DNA of 64,000 bases from Selaginella moellendorffii. Lineage: Eukaryota > Plantae > Lycopodiophyta. The DNA lies in contig NW_003314340.1 in NCBI RefSeq assembly GCF_000143415.4, forward strand, positions 424,684 through 488,683. The letters run 5' to 3'. The translations under genes were made by a program, and so were the position numbers. The notes under the pieces were generated by a model. The model was not told the DNA's origin and did not search any database. It was given only the letters and a program-made list of their open reading frames with translations. Positions 63,355-64,000 of this stretch are shown piece by piece (the first letter of the stretch is position 1; each line of letters begins with the position of its first letter).

Positions 63355-63960
63355 CTCAGATTGACCACTCCTCCAAGGCAATTGAAGGGCACTTGGCTGC
63401 AGCTGCTTCCATTCTCTTGCACAACATCAAACAGATCCAAAAGATCACCAGATTTCCAGACATCATCCAACACCAGCAAGCACCTCTTCCCTGCAAGCCC
63501 CCTCCTCAATGTTTCATTGCTGATCCGACCTTCTGGTCTGATTTGTTTGGCAAGATTGTCTGGCTTTTCTTCCACCTGAAAAGATGCAGCCATAGTAAGG
63601 TGTCGAACATTGCTTAACCTGTGATAAGGAACATACCTGACACAACTGATTGAATGTTAGCCACAGAATTGGGCCTTGACTTGGTCGTTGTCACGTATGC
63701 GTTTGGCCAAGAGTGTTTTTCCAGCACCTCCTACTCCATGGATTCTGATCCACTTGCTGCTTACAGGGGATCCCAGCAACACAACCCGCTCCAGCGTCTC
63801 TTCCATGCCAAAAATGTGGTCATCCAAAGGAACAACATGCTGTTCACCACATTAGATGGTACCTCCTTCTGCTTCTTCAACGTAAGTCTGTGCAGAAGCT
63901 CAACCCCAAGATTTCGGGGAAGATCTTCGTAACCACCCGAAAACTTGATGTGCTTGACAG
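63355..63960 (-). pseudogene. NB-ARC pseudogene fragment homologous to 40755-41330
   Basis: ISNETLRRGLAGKRCLLVLDDVWKSGDLLDLF; P-loop region at about 63710-63750. Confidence 0.8.
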
Positions 63961-64000
63961 CAGAAGTGCAATTAAAACCAAGATGGACATCCTTTTATCC

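Overview
Eukaryotic nuclear DNA from a gene-dense land-plant genome with very short (about 50-70 nt) GT-AG introns. The compactness and the PPR, F-box and NB-ARC styles suggest the lycophyte Selaginella (inference). About 20 intact genes are recognisable: F-box, LMW-PTP-like, FHY riboflavin kinase/FMN phosphatase, IRX14-like GT43, DUF688, UDP-galactose transporter, trehalose-6-P phosphatase, MIC60, intronless cytosolic HSP70, RPL36, WCRKC thioredoxin, PHP phosphoesterase, two full IFRD copies, SPCS3, alpha-tubulin, PTB, DREB A-6, a seven-LysM GPI-type protein and an XBAT E3 ligase. An accessory mosaic at about 29.6-41.4 kb holds three near-identical intronless IFRD copies, four copies of a double tRNA-like (A-box/B-box) element at the duplication junctions, NB-ARC debris and a collapsed TWD40-2 pseudogene. 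Ty3/gypsy remnants lie at about 22.3-23.65 kb and 53.7-57.9 kb. The most notable observations are the seven-LysM four-cysteine GPI-type protein, the IFRD/tRNA-like amplicon, an LMW-PTP with Ser in place of its catalytic Cys, and a PTB poison exon. All calls were made by eye; multi-exon coordinates give the gene span.
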